DNA from: Octopus sinensis
Lineage: Eukaryota
DNA length: 64,000 nt
Direction of reading: 5' to 3'
Assembly: GCF_006345805.1 (NCBI RefSeq)
Contig: NC_042998.1
Coordinates: 28,334,001-28,398,000, forward strand
The notes beneath the pieces were generated by a model. The model was given only the letters and a program-made list of their open reading frames with translations, did not search any database and was not told the DNA's origin. Made by a program: the position numbers and the translations under genes. This document shows, one piece after another, positions 51,450 to 64,000 of the stretch (its first letter is position 1; each line of letters starts with the position of its first letter).

Positions 51450-51601
51450 CAAAATAAGCAACGAGAATGACTCCGGTAATTTGGTACGATCGTTTCGTAC
51501 TACATCATTTTATTAAATTTTATTTAATGATGTAGTATAAAATGATGTAGTACGAAACGATCGTACCAAATTACCGGAGTCATTCTTGTTGCTTATTTTG
51601 A
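51449..51601. repeat. Near-perfect inverted repeat: 65-bp arms, 23-nt spacer
   Basis: 51449-51513 versus 51537-51601: 64/65 complementary; the single difference is a G.T pair. Confidence 0.98.
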
Positions 51602-51699
51602 TTATAATCACCCCACAGATTTTTATGGATAACATCATACAGATTTCTGGTGCATCTAAATTAAGTACCATATTCATTTGAATCTAAATTTTTGCTGAA

Positions 51700-51734
<35 letters not shown>

Positions 51735-52596
51735 GTATGTGTGTGTATGTAGATATATATATATATACGATGGGCTTCTTTCAGTTTCCGTCTACCATAT
51801 CCATTCAAAAGTCTTCGGTCCGCCCGAGGCTATAGTAGAAATCACTTACCCAATATGCCACGCAGTGGGACTGAACCTGGAACCATGTGGTTGGTAAGCA
51901 AGCTACTTACCGCACTGTCACGCCTGCGCCTATGTATACATATATTTGCAACTATGCATTTATGCATCCATTGTCTATCTGTGACTATTCATGTATACGT
52001 GTGTGTGTGTTTCTAACACCTCTCTCTCCTACATCACCTGACCTTTTCTTCACTCTTAAGATATTTTAGATATCTGAAACCATTTCTTTAGGCATATGTG
52101 TTTATATATCGATTCCTTTGTGATATTCTTTGATGTTTCCAATGATATTGATGAGATTTCCTTTCTTATTATATACACAAATCCTGCCAGGTTCGGTGCA
52201 GTTAGTATGGAATCAATACAATCAGCTACATTACAAAAGTTCTGGTTGTACTTGTATAATATCGTTGTTCGTTTTTAAGTCATTTGGAAATAAAAAGAGA
52301 ATATCGATTTCAAAATTAGGATACGATCTATTTCGTATCAGAAACCATGATGAGAACAAAAGGGCACGAGAATATGTGATTTAATTATTTATAACTAGAG
52401 CAGAGGTATTGTTGACTCGCAGTCTTTGTTTGATGTTATAGATTTCACGTAACGTTTATGTTTTAATGTGTTGCATTTAGAAAGATTTAGATTTGGGTTT
52501 TGTTATCAGTGTTTTCAAGATAAATTTCTAATTAATCTCAGAATTAACCTACATAAATACAGAGTTCTAATACAAACCATAGATTTGTTTTTACTG

Positions 52597-52634
<38 letters not shown>

Positions 52635-52804
52635 TTCTCTTATCAGTGCTTCCTGGTGCATCAGAAAGAAATACTATAACACGTAATACGTTGTCATGCT
52701 TACATAAGTGAATATTACATGTGGATGCTAACGGATACTTTATATAGGTTGATACATTTCCAATGAATATTACGCTCACACTCTAGTTCTAGTTTCCAGT
52801 TTGC

Positions 52805-52810
52805 GTGTAT

Positions 52811-52902
<92 letters not shown>

Positions 52903-53001
52903 GTGTGTGTGTATAATATATATTTATATATATATATATATAGTGTGTATAAATATATATTTATATATATATATATAGTGTGTGTGTATATATATATATA
53001 T

Positions 53002-53052
<51 letters not shown>

Positions 53053-53062
53053 GTGTGTATAA

Positions 53063-53129
<67 letters not shown>

Positions 53130-53260
53130 TGTGTATAAATATATATTTATATATATATATATGTGTGTGTATAATATATATATATATATATGTGTGTGTA
53201 TAAATATATATATATATATGTGTGTGTATATATATATACATACATATATATATAATAAAA
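52805..53260. repeat. (TA)n/(TG)n compound microsatellite
   Basis: Read directly from the sequence. Confidence 0.97.
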
Positions 53261-53328
53261 CACACATGTAAGAATATCTATGTATATATCATTGCATCTA
53301 TCTGTCTATCTAGCAATCTATCTACCTA

Positions 53329-53366
<38 letters not shown>

Positions 53367-53400
53367 TATACAGAAAGCGAGATAGGGCCAACGGAAATAA

Positions 53401-53446
53401 CTAAGCTAATGAGGTCAAATGTACCAAAAACGACATAGTACTTTAG
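53401..53446 (+). ncRNA. Decayed type-I hammerhead motif
   Basis: CTAAG / CTAATGA / GGT-caaatgt-ACC / AAAAAC-gacata-GTA / CTTTAG. All three helices pair; both catalytic boxes carry G>A-type changes. Confidence 0.45.
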
Positions 53447-53960
53447 ACATTTCTTTTTCTATGCATGTTAATTAACTCGTGATTTATAAATATATATATA
53501 TATATTTTTTTTTTACTTTCTGTTGATAATCAATTTCCCTTTTGATGACGAATAAAATTTTCTGCTAGTTTTGTCTTATTCATTTCATTATGCACTACTT
53601 TTGATACGGTTTATTGTATTGATAAAAAACTGAAGTGAGTCTATAAACATAGTCTTCAGAATTAACTCATTTATATACATACGCATGCACGCTCTCAAAC
53701 TCACTCATTAGAGTCATAAATACAGGCAGGTAAACGTGCATGATCAGGTACAAATACATGCATGGAGAGAGACTGGAATACACACCTTCTTTATCTTTAT
53801 CTAGTTTCAGCACACAAGCTGTGGCGATACTGGGGCACCGCCATTATAAAAATCGGAACGTACAACACAGTCATACAATCCACACATGGTCATATTCACG
53901 CTAAAAGTTCCTTACGTCAGCGCATCTTTGCACAAACATTTTCATGCGCACACATTTTTA

Positions 53961-54177
53961 GAGCGGTGAGCAAGCAGACTCGTTAGCATCCCGGGAAAAA
54001 TGCTAATCGGCATTTCGTCGATCCTTACGTTCTGGGTTCAAACTCTGCCGAAGTCGAATTTACTTTTCATTCTTTCGGTGTCGATAAAATAAGTACAAGT
54101 TGAGCACTGGGGTCGAAGTTATCGACTTACCTCACTTCCGAAATTGCTGGTGTTGTGCCAAAGTCTGGAACCAATAT
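53961..54177 (+). mobile_element. SINE family A monomer (diverged)
   Basis: Head, core and TGTGCCAAAG..GAAACCAATA tail. Confidence 0.85.
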
Positions 54178-54962
54178 GATACGTTAAAATTGGTCAGTCT
54201 TAGAATGGAATATTAAATTGAAAAGTCAATCACTATGATACAAATGCTTGCGTTCCACGATTTACCACAAATAGTTCTCGTGACTGTGGGTGCCTCTGTA
54301 TATGCTGTACGGCCACATAGTGCACTGTTTATACATATCTAAACCATTTAAAATTCTAATTATTTGAAATATGTTTTATGCGTTTCAGGTTCTTGACACT
54401 TGTGTATTTATATTGTTTACATATATTCACTCAGCTACAAGCTCTTAGAGATTTTACAGTGAAGCATGGTGATGCGGTGGCAAAATGAATTATATATATA
54501 TAAACCAATTTTTAAAACTTTTTCGTCAAGACACAGACGTCATGGCTTTACAGAAAAAACATTGATTACGTCATACATGTAGCATGTCTAAAGGGAAAAG
54601 AAATTTTACCTTACTCTCGGAAATCATTTGGTACGTGGAGGTCCGGTAAATTTCCCTCCTCGTCCCACTTAGTGGAATACTGGAGTAAGTATAGAAAAAT
54701 GCAAGAGATAATACAATGGCCGTTAATTGTGTGCTATGGATTAGCTGAAAATAATGATCTTGTATATGAACATCATGAGAAAACAGAAGAGACTTTTTCT
54801 CCACGGTTGTACTCAATATCTTTCAAACACCAAGTTCTCAAACACACCCTCGCAACTAAATCGTAGAAACAACCCCGTTAACTATTATGCCATTATCTTT
54901 TATTGTACACATAGAATGTAGAATAAGCTATTTCTGTTATAAACGGACATTAAATAAAACAG

Positions 54963-55247
54963 TGGAGGCACATGGCCTAGTGGTTAGAGCAGCGGACTCG
55001 CGGGTTCGAATCTCAGACCGATCGATGTGTGTGTTTATGAGCGAAACACCTAAGCTCCCCGCGGCTCCGGCAGAAGGTAATGGCGAACTTCTGCTGACTC
55101 TTTCGCCACAACTTTCTCTCACTCTTTCCTCCTGCATCTTGCAGCTCACCTGCGACGGACCGGCGTCCCGTCCAGGTGGGAAACCTATACGCTAAGGAAA
55201 CCGAGAAACCAGCCCTTATGAGCCAGACATGGCTTGAGAAGGAACAA
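54963..55247 (+). mobile_element. SINE family C (tail type 2)
   Basis: Nearly identical to 18869-19150; TSD-like CATTAAATAAAAC / CATGAAATGAAAC at 54948-54960 and 55248-55260. Confidence 0.92.
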
Positions 55248-55734
55248 CATGAAATGAAACGCTGAATATACGCAGACTTGTCAAACCAACCCGCGAGAGG
55301 CGTACAATGAATTCGCATCAATCCTGACACTGCAGCGCAGAGCCGTTCAGCCATCAACCACTAGATCCTACTCTACGTGTATATAAATTTATATGTCTAA
55401 CATTCACAAGACATCATGAACTTGTATGTCTATGTTTCTGTAAACTGTAAGATGCTCGGAAATCTACATCACTCTTGACTAAACTACTCCCACAGCCTAC
55501 GAAACTTTGTAAAAAAAGAAATGTCGCTTCTATAAACGTTTGTTCAATTTGAAGCAGAATTTCGTCCAACCATTATACTCTCCCATCTTTCCTGTTTGAA
55601 CTTACGAATCATCAAATGCACTGAATATACTTTCACTTTATAAAGTATATATGGGTAACTAACGACCATGACGGCATTTATTTATTATTAGACTAAACGG
55701 TATGGTTTATTTATTATTAGACTAAACGGTATTT

Positions 55735-56152
55735 AAGGCGACGAGCTGGCAGAAGCGTTAGCACGCCGGGCGAAATGCTTAGCGGTATTTCGCCTGCCGC
55801 TACGTTCTGAGTTCAAATTCCGCCGAGGTTGACTTTGCCTTTCATCCTTTCGGGGTCGATTAAATAAGTACCAGCTACGCACTGGGGTCGATATAATCGA
55901 CTTAATCCATTTGTCTGTCCTTGTTTGTCCTCTCTGTGTTTAGCCTCTTGTGGTTAGTAAAGAAATAGGCATTTCGTCTGCCGCTACGCTCTGAGTTCAA
56001 ATTCCGCCGAGGTCGACTTTGCCTTTCATCCTTTCGGAGTCGATTAAGTAAGTACCAGTTATGCACTGGGGTCGATGTAATCGACTTTAATCCGTTCGTC
56101 TATCCTTGTTTGTCCTCTCTGTGTTTAGCTCCTTGTGGGTAGTAAAGAAATA
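55735..56152 (+). mobile_element. SINE family A dimer with 34-bp target duplication
   Basis: GGCATTTATTTATTATTAGACTAAACG(G/T)TATGGT at 55673-55706 and 56153-56186. Confidence 0.95.
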
Positions 56153-57639
56153 GGCATTTATTTATTATTAGACTAAACGTTATGGTCATCCACGAACAGC
56201 GTTGTAGTGGCGAGTTAGTAAGATGTTTGGAAGTTCGTCTTCTTTTTGTGCAGACCTCGTAGATGCAAGATGCATTAATGTAAATATATGTGCATTCGCG
56301 TGTGCCTATACACGCACATATACGCATACATATTTAATGTATGATATATTAAGTATGTGTACGCTGGTATGGTTCTAGGTGGATGTTATGAGTGTGCATT
56401 GTAATATGCATGCATCTATGTGCATGTGGATGAATGTTTGCATGCGTTTATTAGAGTAAATACGTGTTTGTGTGCAGCTGTAATTTTTTGCGTGTGCCTA
56501 TTTCACTGAATGGGTATTTAAAAGATAGTATGATATATGTACATAAAACGGTGTGTTTTACTTTGCCTTTCTTTGGCTCTACGTTTACGTAGCTACGAGG
56601 AATTCTCTTCATCCATGTGGTTAGCGATCTGACATTTTTGTTTTTATGTAGGTAAATGTTATTTCTATATTTCTGAACACTCACTTTATGTAAATAGACC
56701 TGTGCATTATTTCATTTTTAGTTGTGTTGTTCCTTATTTTTTTAAACCACAGAATGGTTGTTTCTTCTTTTTGGGGTTTAGTGTTAAGTTATCGGCAAGA
56801 AATATTTTCATTCACGAACTTTTACAACAAAAAAAACAGATTTACATACCTTTATCTCCTTGAGATTTGTGGTTGTGCCCACCATCTTCAAAAGTTTACA
56901 TCTTTCCAAATAATGTTAATAGACGCTCAATACAGATGCTTCACGGAGTATAAGGACGTCTTTTATAAAGTAGGAAATTCTATATGGTTCCAAATAGAGA
57001 AATTAAGAAGGAACAAAAAAGCAAAGAAACAAAAGAAGCGTGTTCCCTAATCAAAACTTTAAAAATCATCATGGTTTCCGAAAGCGTTTGGTTTATTTGC
57101 TTTTAATTGTAAACAATATCTACAAAACATAACGAGACTCTCAGCATCGTTCACACACCGAGCAAAATATTTTTAGTGGTATTTCTTCCGATGTTTTCCG
57201 TTCTAAGTTCAAATTTCGCAAAGATCGACTTTACCTCTTTTATTCTTTCGGGACAAATAAAATAATTACCAATCAAACAGAAGCACGGGGGGTCGATGTA
57301 ACCGTCTAACGCCTCCCACCCGTTAAAATTATTGGCCGTGTAACAAAGTCTAAACCTATATTTATAAAACATCACTAAAGGGGAGCGGCACTGGGTAGAA
57401 CCCATCATTGCACACTCCATTGCATTATACGACAAACATCGACGAATTAGGAAATGAATTCGAGCTTATCGTTCATTGTAAGCTTTAAAACATATTTCAG
57501 TTTCCTGCTGTCTTCGTGAACGATGCAGAAAGAGGATTTTTAGGCGGGGAAAATGATGCAGTCTTGGATATTAAGCATTGAATTTGTCAAAATCTAATCT
57601 TGCGTAATTAATCTTATCGTGTTTGAATACTTTTTTTTA

Positions 57640-57841
57640 CTCTTTTACTTGTTTCAGTCGTTTTGACTGTGGCCATCCTGGAGCACCGCCTTTAGTCGAG
57701 TAGATCGACCCCAGAACTTATACTTTGTAAGCCAAGTTTTTGTTCTATCGGTCACTTTTGTCGAACCGCTAAGTTACGGGGACGTAAACAGACCAGCATT
57801 GGTTGTCAAATGATGTTGGAGGGACAAACACAAACACATAA

Positions 57842-57894
<53 letters not shown>

Positions 57895-58070
57895 TATATA
57901 CATATATATGACAAGTTTCTTTCAGTTTCCGTCTACCAAATCCACTCACAAGACTTTGGTCGGCCCGAGGCTATAGAAGAAGACACTTGCCCAAGGTGCC
58001 ACACAGTGGGAATGAACCCGTAACCATGTGGTTGGTAAGCAAGCTACTTACTACACAGCCACTCCTGCAC
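57640..58070 (-). mobile_element. SINE family B
   Basis: Reverse complement, full length. Confidence 0.92.
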
Positions 58071-60704
58071 TTATGAATATATAAACCTTTTTTATTCAGA
58101 TTTCTACTACTGGATAGGTGTGTTTAATTACCAAGCGTTTCTTTAGCTGGGAAGTGGACAGTCTTGCTTGCATATTATGTAAAATCGTAGTATGCCGTGT
58201 TTTCAGGTATGATATATCAACAGCCTAGCATAGATATGCAACTATATGCATGAGAATACATACATAAAAAGCAAAACATACAAATCTGCACACATACATA
58301 CATACAAACAAAAATAGCCTATTGTTGATTTTGAATTTCCAATGAAGGAGCCTTGAATCTAGATAGCTGGACTTAACTAAAATGCAGGTATGATTTCATG
58401 GATGTGATAGCGTTCAGGTATAATGAAGCGCAATATCAATATGCATAATGTGCACACAAACACTTCACTTAAATGCATTATGTGTGCATACATGCATATG
58501 ATGCATGGCTGTGTAAAGAAGCTAAATGCAATAAACTAACGATGCTTTGTTCAGGCCACTTGATAAATAGTTATATTCTATTTTTGATTGTGCCAAAGGC
58601 TCAAACATCAGATAAACAATTACAAATAGCATTGTGTTACGACCCAAACAGAATTTGGTAAAACGGTCCATTTCCTTACCGCAAATGTTAAGAACATTTA
58701 TTTTCCAGACTATACACACAAAATGCTGTTATATAAATTAGATTGTCAGCTACTTCTATAAAAAGAACCATGTGAACATTGCTAAATGCGTACAAATCAA
58801 TTATTTCCGGAGGAAAACTAGTATACTGAAATAGACAAAGTAACATCGTATTATTACGTATTTTACATGAATAACCATAGTCCGTCCATAGCTCACTTTT
58901 TGTTGCCACAATCTGAAATATTCATCTAATGAAACTCAAGGAAATGGTAACGAGTGACGGAAACGGCTTTAGGGTGACTGCTTTTCAATATTTGGTTACA
59001 TTGTAGTACTTTCTGAGCTGCGATTCGTCAAGGTATACTTTGCCTTCCCTTCTAACCTTTCCACAAGAATGCTCTGTTGTTTTTTGCTAAGGGATGATAT
59101 AAAAAGTTATTCAAATATTTCTACAAATTGCGAATGGAATTAATTACAGATACTAAGCAACCAATGAAAACAGAAAACCTTTTGTCCAACATCTAATTTC
59201 GGTTACTTTGAAATTGTTGTTTGAATTAGAAAGACCATTGGAAAATTTGATCACAAAGTTTTTTGAGCAAGTGAAACCAGTGGTAGAGAAAATTTTCAAA
59301 TATTTTTGTAAAACAAACGTGTTTTTCATTGCCATTACTTCAATTTCAGCTCTTTAAACAAACCTATAGATCTAGTTTATCTGTTAAAATACCATCACTT
59401 TTTTTCATTTATTCAGGGATAATTGTGGAAACTTTCTCAACAATAAGAAAAAAATTAGCGCTGATATTAATCAGTTGTCTCGGAAATGTCTCCGCTTATA
59501 TCGAAAATATAGAAAAATTCAACGTTTATAAAAGTTAGAAACCGAAATAGGAAATTAAACACCTAACCCTTTTGATCACAACAAAACCAATACGGTACGC
59601 TTACGCATTGCTGACTATATATTCACAAAATAAACGAATCTTTTATATTGATGTTATTGATGGATTTTCATTCCTATACTATTGATATGATTTCCTTTAC
59701 AAGAACATATATTCTGAAAAACAGATTCTGATCAATACCATATTACTCTGAATGATATTACGTAAAGCATATCGTAATACAAAATAAAAAAAAGTGCTGT
59801 GATATCGACACGGAACCGACTTAATGAGAATCCGTTTGATATGAGTCATATCATCCAATCATTATATATATTGTATTAATGAAGAAAATATTGTTGATTG
59901 ATTATCTTTGCAGATTAATTTTCCTCCCGAAGCCCAGAGCTTATGCATCGCTTTAATGTCACCTCACCGTTTATTTAATGCAGTCTGATTAAAATGACAT
60001 ATACCTTTGTTGGTAACTATATCAAGATTCTCTTGCGATTAATGGAACAATTCTCGTCTTACCTGAAATGAATAAACGGGATTATATAATCAATTAAATC
60101 GCCTACATCAATTAAATCGCCGACATCAATTAAATCGCCTAATTCCTACTTGAAGCTATCTAAAAGCTGCGAAGAGCTTATAAGTCCCCTATGAAGATGG
60201 AATTGCGAAGCTCTACATCCTTGGCAAGCGATATAATTTGGGAAATAAGCGTTGGAAAATAATAAAATAATTGCAATTTCTTCGAGTCAAAACGCATCTA
60301 GTCTTTTATAATAACATTTATTTTAAATGTTGTGATAGTATTATGCAATTACAAAATAGACAAAAGTGGATATAATTTAGGGAAATTTAAATGGCGAATT
60401 TTGGTGCTCCCACCTACGTTTGCTTTCGGAATAAAAGTGAGAGAGAAAGAGAGTTTACTGAGAAATAGAAGGGAGGGTGAAGTGTCCTTTTAAGGGAAGG
60501 ATATTTCTATTTTTAATTCATAATTTACAATTATATTTGTCTATGTATAGTTTAAATAACTATTAGTTCACCACTATGATGAATAAGTTGTATTATCTTA
60601 ATGTAAATAAGCGAATATATTTTCATCTCCATTCTTAGAAAGCAGATAGATCGGATATATGGGGCGACACTTTTGGGTTTGCTATAGGCAATATGTGTTC
60701 TATG

Positions 60705-60905
60705 TTTCAGTGTTTCAGTCATTTGACTGCAGCCATATTGGGGCACCGCCTTAAGAATTTTAGTCAACGCAAGGACTTATTTTTGTAAAGCCTGGTACTT
60801 AATCTATTGATCTCTTTTGTCGAACCGCTGAGTTACGAGAACGTAAACCCACCATCACTGGTCGTCAAGCGGTGGTGGGGAACAAACACAGACACACACA
60901 CACAC

Positions 60906-60952
<47 letters not shown>

Positions 60953-61050
60953 CGGCATGCTTCTTTCAATTTCTGTCTACTGCCACGCAGTGAGGTTGAA
61001 CCCAAAACCACGTGTTTGGGAAGCAATCTTCTTACAGATGGCCACTCCTG
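60705..61050 (-). mobile_element. SINE family B with internal deletion
   Basis: Tail and head present; the middle of the 5' half is missing. Confidence 0.85.
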
Positions 61051-61124
61051 CGTATTCTAAATACCTATTTTAAATAACTACATTTTCTGCGCTGCTGAAT
61101 AACTGGTATTATATTCATGTTTAT

Positions 61125-61505
61125 AAGGCGGCGAGCTGGCAGTATCGTTAGCGGTATTTCACCAGTCGCTACGTACTGAGTTCAAATTCCGCCGAGATCG
61201 ACTTTGCCGTTCATTCTTTCGTGGTCGATTAAATAAGTACCAGTTACGCACTGGGGTCGATGTAATCGACTTAATCCGTGTGTCTGTCCTTGTTTGTCCC
61301 CTCTGTGTTTAGCCCCTTGTGGGCAGTAAAGAAATAGATATTTCACCTGTCGCTACTTTCTGATTTCAAATTCCGCCGAGGCCGACTTTGCCTTTCATCC
61401 TTTGCTGGTCGATAAATTAAGTACCAGTTGAGTACCGGGGTCGATGTGATGGACTGTCCACTTCTTCACAAAATCCAGGCTATGTGCCTATTGTAGAAAG
61501 GATTA
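61125..61505 (+). mobile_element. SINE family A dimer
   Basis: Shortened head plus two core copies and the TGTGCC..GTAGAAAGGATTATT tail. Confidence 0.9.
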
Positions 61506-62339
61506 TTTCAATGTCTATAAAAGAACATGTTTTCATGTTGATTCCAAGGTAGCAGAGAGTGAGATCAGATACCTTGAAGAATATTTACACATTCTGAGTT
61601 CTAATCTCGATTTAGTGGTCTTTAATCTCATCAACCGGGTGTCGATAACAGAAATAATAGTCAAGAACTAACGTGAATGTAGTCGACAATATCTTCTCAC
61701 AAAAATTACAGAATTCCGTTTGCGTTATCAATCAAAGTATATTATAAGAAACTTTGGATGTGTACAGTTGTTTAGCGAAAAACACCGGTTTTAGATTTTA
61801 TCAAGAACATATCAATAATCAAATTAGTTAATTAACTTCATCCAAGATTATCGGCTAGAGTATAAACATCAGTAAAATTACATTAAATGTAAATCACGAA
61901 AATTAACTATTACCAAAGATACTTTATAAATATTTATTTAATTACGAAATTGACAAATAAGCCACATTAAATGTAATTCAAGGTGTTAGGAAGATCGAAA
62001 ATAAGGAGATTGGAAATCTATAATCTGTTGGGAAACGAATAACAATTTGAATTTACTTGAATTTTAAATTAATAAAGTATAATTCAGGCATTTAGTAGCC
62101 AAGTATACAAAGTTTTAATGATACATACATACACACACACACACGCACGCGCGCGCACACACACACACACATATATATATAGATAAATAGATAGATAGAT
62201 GGATTGATAGATAGCTAGATAGAGAGATAGATAGATAGATAGATAGATGTCGTATGTATATATATATATATGTACACATATACACGCTATATGTATATAT
62301 GTATATATGTGTGTATGTGTGTGTGTATATATATATATT

Positions 62340-62762
62340 CTTTTATTTGTTTCAGTTACTTGACTGCGGCCATGCTGGAGCACCGCCACTAGTCGAACAA
62401 ATCGAACCCAGGACTTATTCTTTGTAAGCCTACTACTCATCCTATCGTTCCCTTTTGCCGAACCGATAGATTACGGGGACGTAAACACACCAACATCGGT
62501 ATCAAGCGATGGTAGGAGGACAAGCACAGACACCTAAACACACACACACATACACACCCACACGCACACGCACACACACATATATATATACATATACACG
62601 ACGGGCTTCTTTCAGTTTCCGTCTACCAAATCTACTCACAAGTCTTTGGTCGGGCCGAGGCTATACTAGAAGGCACTTGTTCAAGATATCACACAGTGGG
62701 TCTGAACCCTGGAGCATGTGGTTGGTAAGCAAGCTACTTACTACACAGCCACTCTTGCGCCT
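62340..62762 (-). mobile_element. SINE family B
   Basis: Reverse complement, full length. Confidence 0.92.
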
Positions 62763-62879
62763 ATGCACACACACAAGCACAGACAAGCACACACAAACAC
62801 ACACATACATATATATGTGTGTGGGTGTTTGTGTGTGCGTGCGTGCCTGTGTGTTAGTAAGTATTAAAAACCTCTGATC

Positions 62880-63130
62880 ACGTACGCCCATGGGACTGAG
62901 CCTAGAAAGTTTGGGGAAGACCAGCAATCGCCCATGCAAACAGTTCTCCCCTATGCACGTCACCGATGTTGTCCAAGGGAATGGTAGAGATCGATACAGC
63001 ATGACACCAGTGACGTCACAACGAGATATGAAGCATCTCGCTCGAAAACACAACACAAAGACCGGTGTGGGAATCAAACTTTCGACCTCAGGCTTGTAAG
63101 CTACATGCTCTAACCACTGAGCCATGTGCT
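62880..63130 (-). mobile_element. tRNA-headed SINE family D (diverged)
   Basis: Minus strand GCACATGGCTCAGTGGTTAGAGC..AGTTTGATTCCC..GTGTTGTGTTTTCGAGC. Confidence 0.7.
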
Positions 63131-64000
63131 GTCACACACACACACACACACACGCACGCGCACACATGCACGCCCACGCACACACACACACACATATATA
63201 TATACGGGATTGTGTGTGTACGTGTGTGTGCGTATCCTATACAAGTGCATAGTACATACATACATACATACATACATACATACATACATACATACATACA
63301 TACATGTATACTAATGCCCCAGCATGACAGCAGCTTTAAAGCTGAGACAGTTTAAAGAAATTTTATATACCTACAATATAGCTAAACCACTCTGGTAAGA
63401 AATATTGAGGTTCTGTGCATCGAGACACGGAAATCTATTTTTGGAAGTAATTTTATTATTCAAATTATATGTTTGCGTGAAAACGTGATGGATGATATTT
63501 GTTTCAAAGTATAATATTGATCGAAATACGAACATTAGCTTGCTTTAGGCACCTTAAATTAAAGCTGTAGTACATGGAAGGTTTCAGTATTTTTACAGCA
63601 GCCGTTATTTATTTGAAGAGCTCTCAGTTGATCATCTGCTACGTAGTCCTCACTTCAGATTCTATATTATTCGATGATTTTTATGTAGTTCTTTAAAAGT
63701 AAAAAGAAAGGGAAATGATTATGTTATTTTATGATTAGTATTCTTGCTTCTTCGGTAGTTATATTAATGTTTGCACTTTCATCTACTAAATATATAGACA
63801 TACTAGTAAAAAATAATTATAGTACGGTCTGTCTTTATCTTTTACGCTTTTTCACTGTTAAGGTACGCTATTAGACGGCCAGAATCTCTAAGTGAACATT
63901 TGTGCACGCGTATGTATGTGCATATATATATATATATTTATATAGAAATAAATATTTATACATAAGTTTACATACACACACACACACATACATACATATA

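Larger units (their letters stand above)
50886..51930 (-). mobile_element. SINE family B split into a 3' half (~50886-51090) and a 5' half (~51767-51930) by insertions into its internal microsatellite
   Basis: The two halves are colinear and in the same orientation, with ~600 bp of unrelated sequence between them. Confidence 0.85.

Overview
AT-rich eukaryotic DNA, dense in microsatellites and interspersed repeats. The repeat families look like those of a coleoid cephalopod, most likely Octopus; this is recognition, not a database result. No intact host protein-coding gene can be supported, and almost all ORFs in the supplied track are translations of microsatellites or SINEs. Supported features: many copies of at least four tRNA-headed SINE families; a non-coding ~560-bp element found only between (AAT)n tracts; 3' fragments of CR1-type and RTE-type LINEs; a full-length but frameshifted mariner (1283 bp, 37-bp TIRs, TA target); and a decayed Tigger/pogo transposase. 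The most interesting signal is a set of minimal type-I hammerhead-ribozyme motifs, one near-canonical at 51309-51369 and several decayed. They occur with four fold-back (inverted-repeat) structures, mostly next to (TA)n, which fits Penelope-like element termini. Other notable observations: a 3' stem-loop shared between a CR1 LINE and a SINE family, 184-bp SINE multimers, a recurrent 'target + partial re-copy + SINE + target' junction, a large inverted duplication, and several unidentified decayed coding-like islands. Repeat boundaries are read by eye and may be off by some bases.
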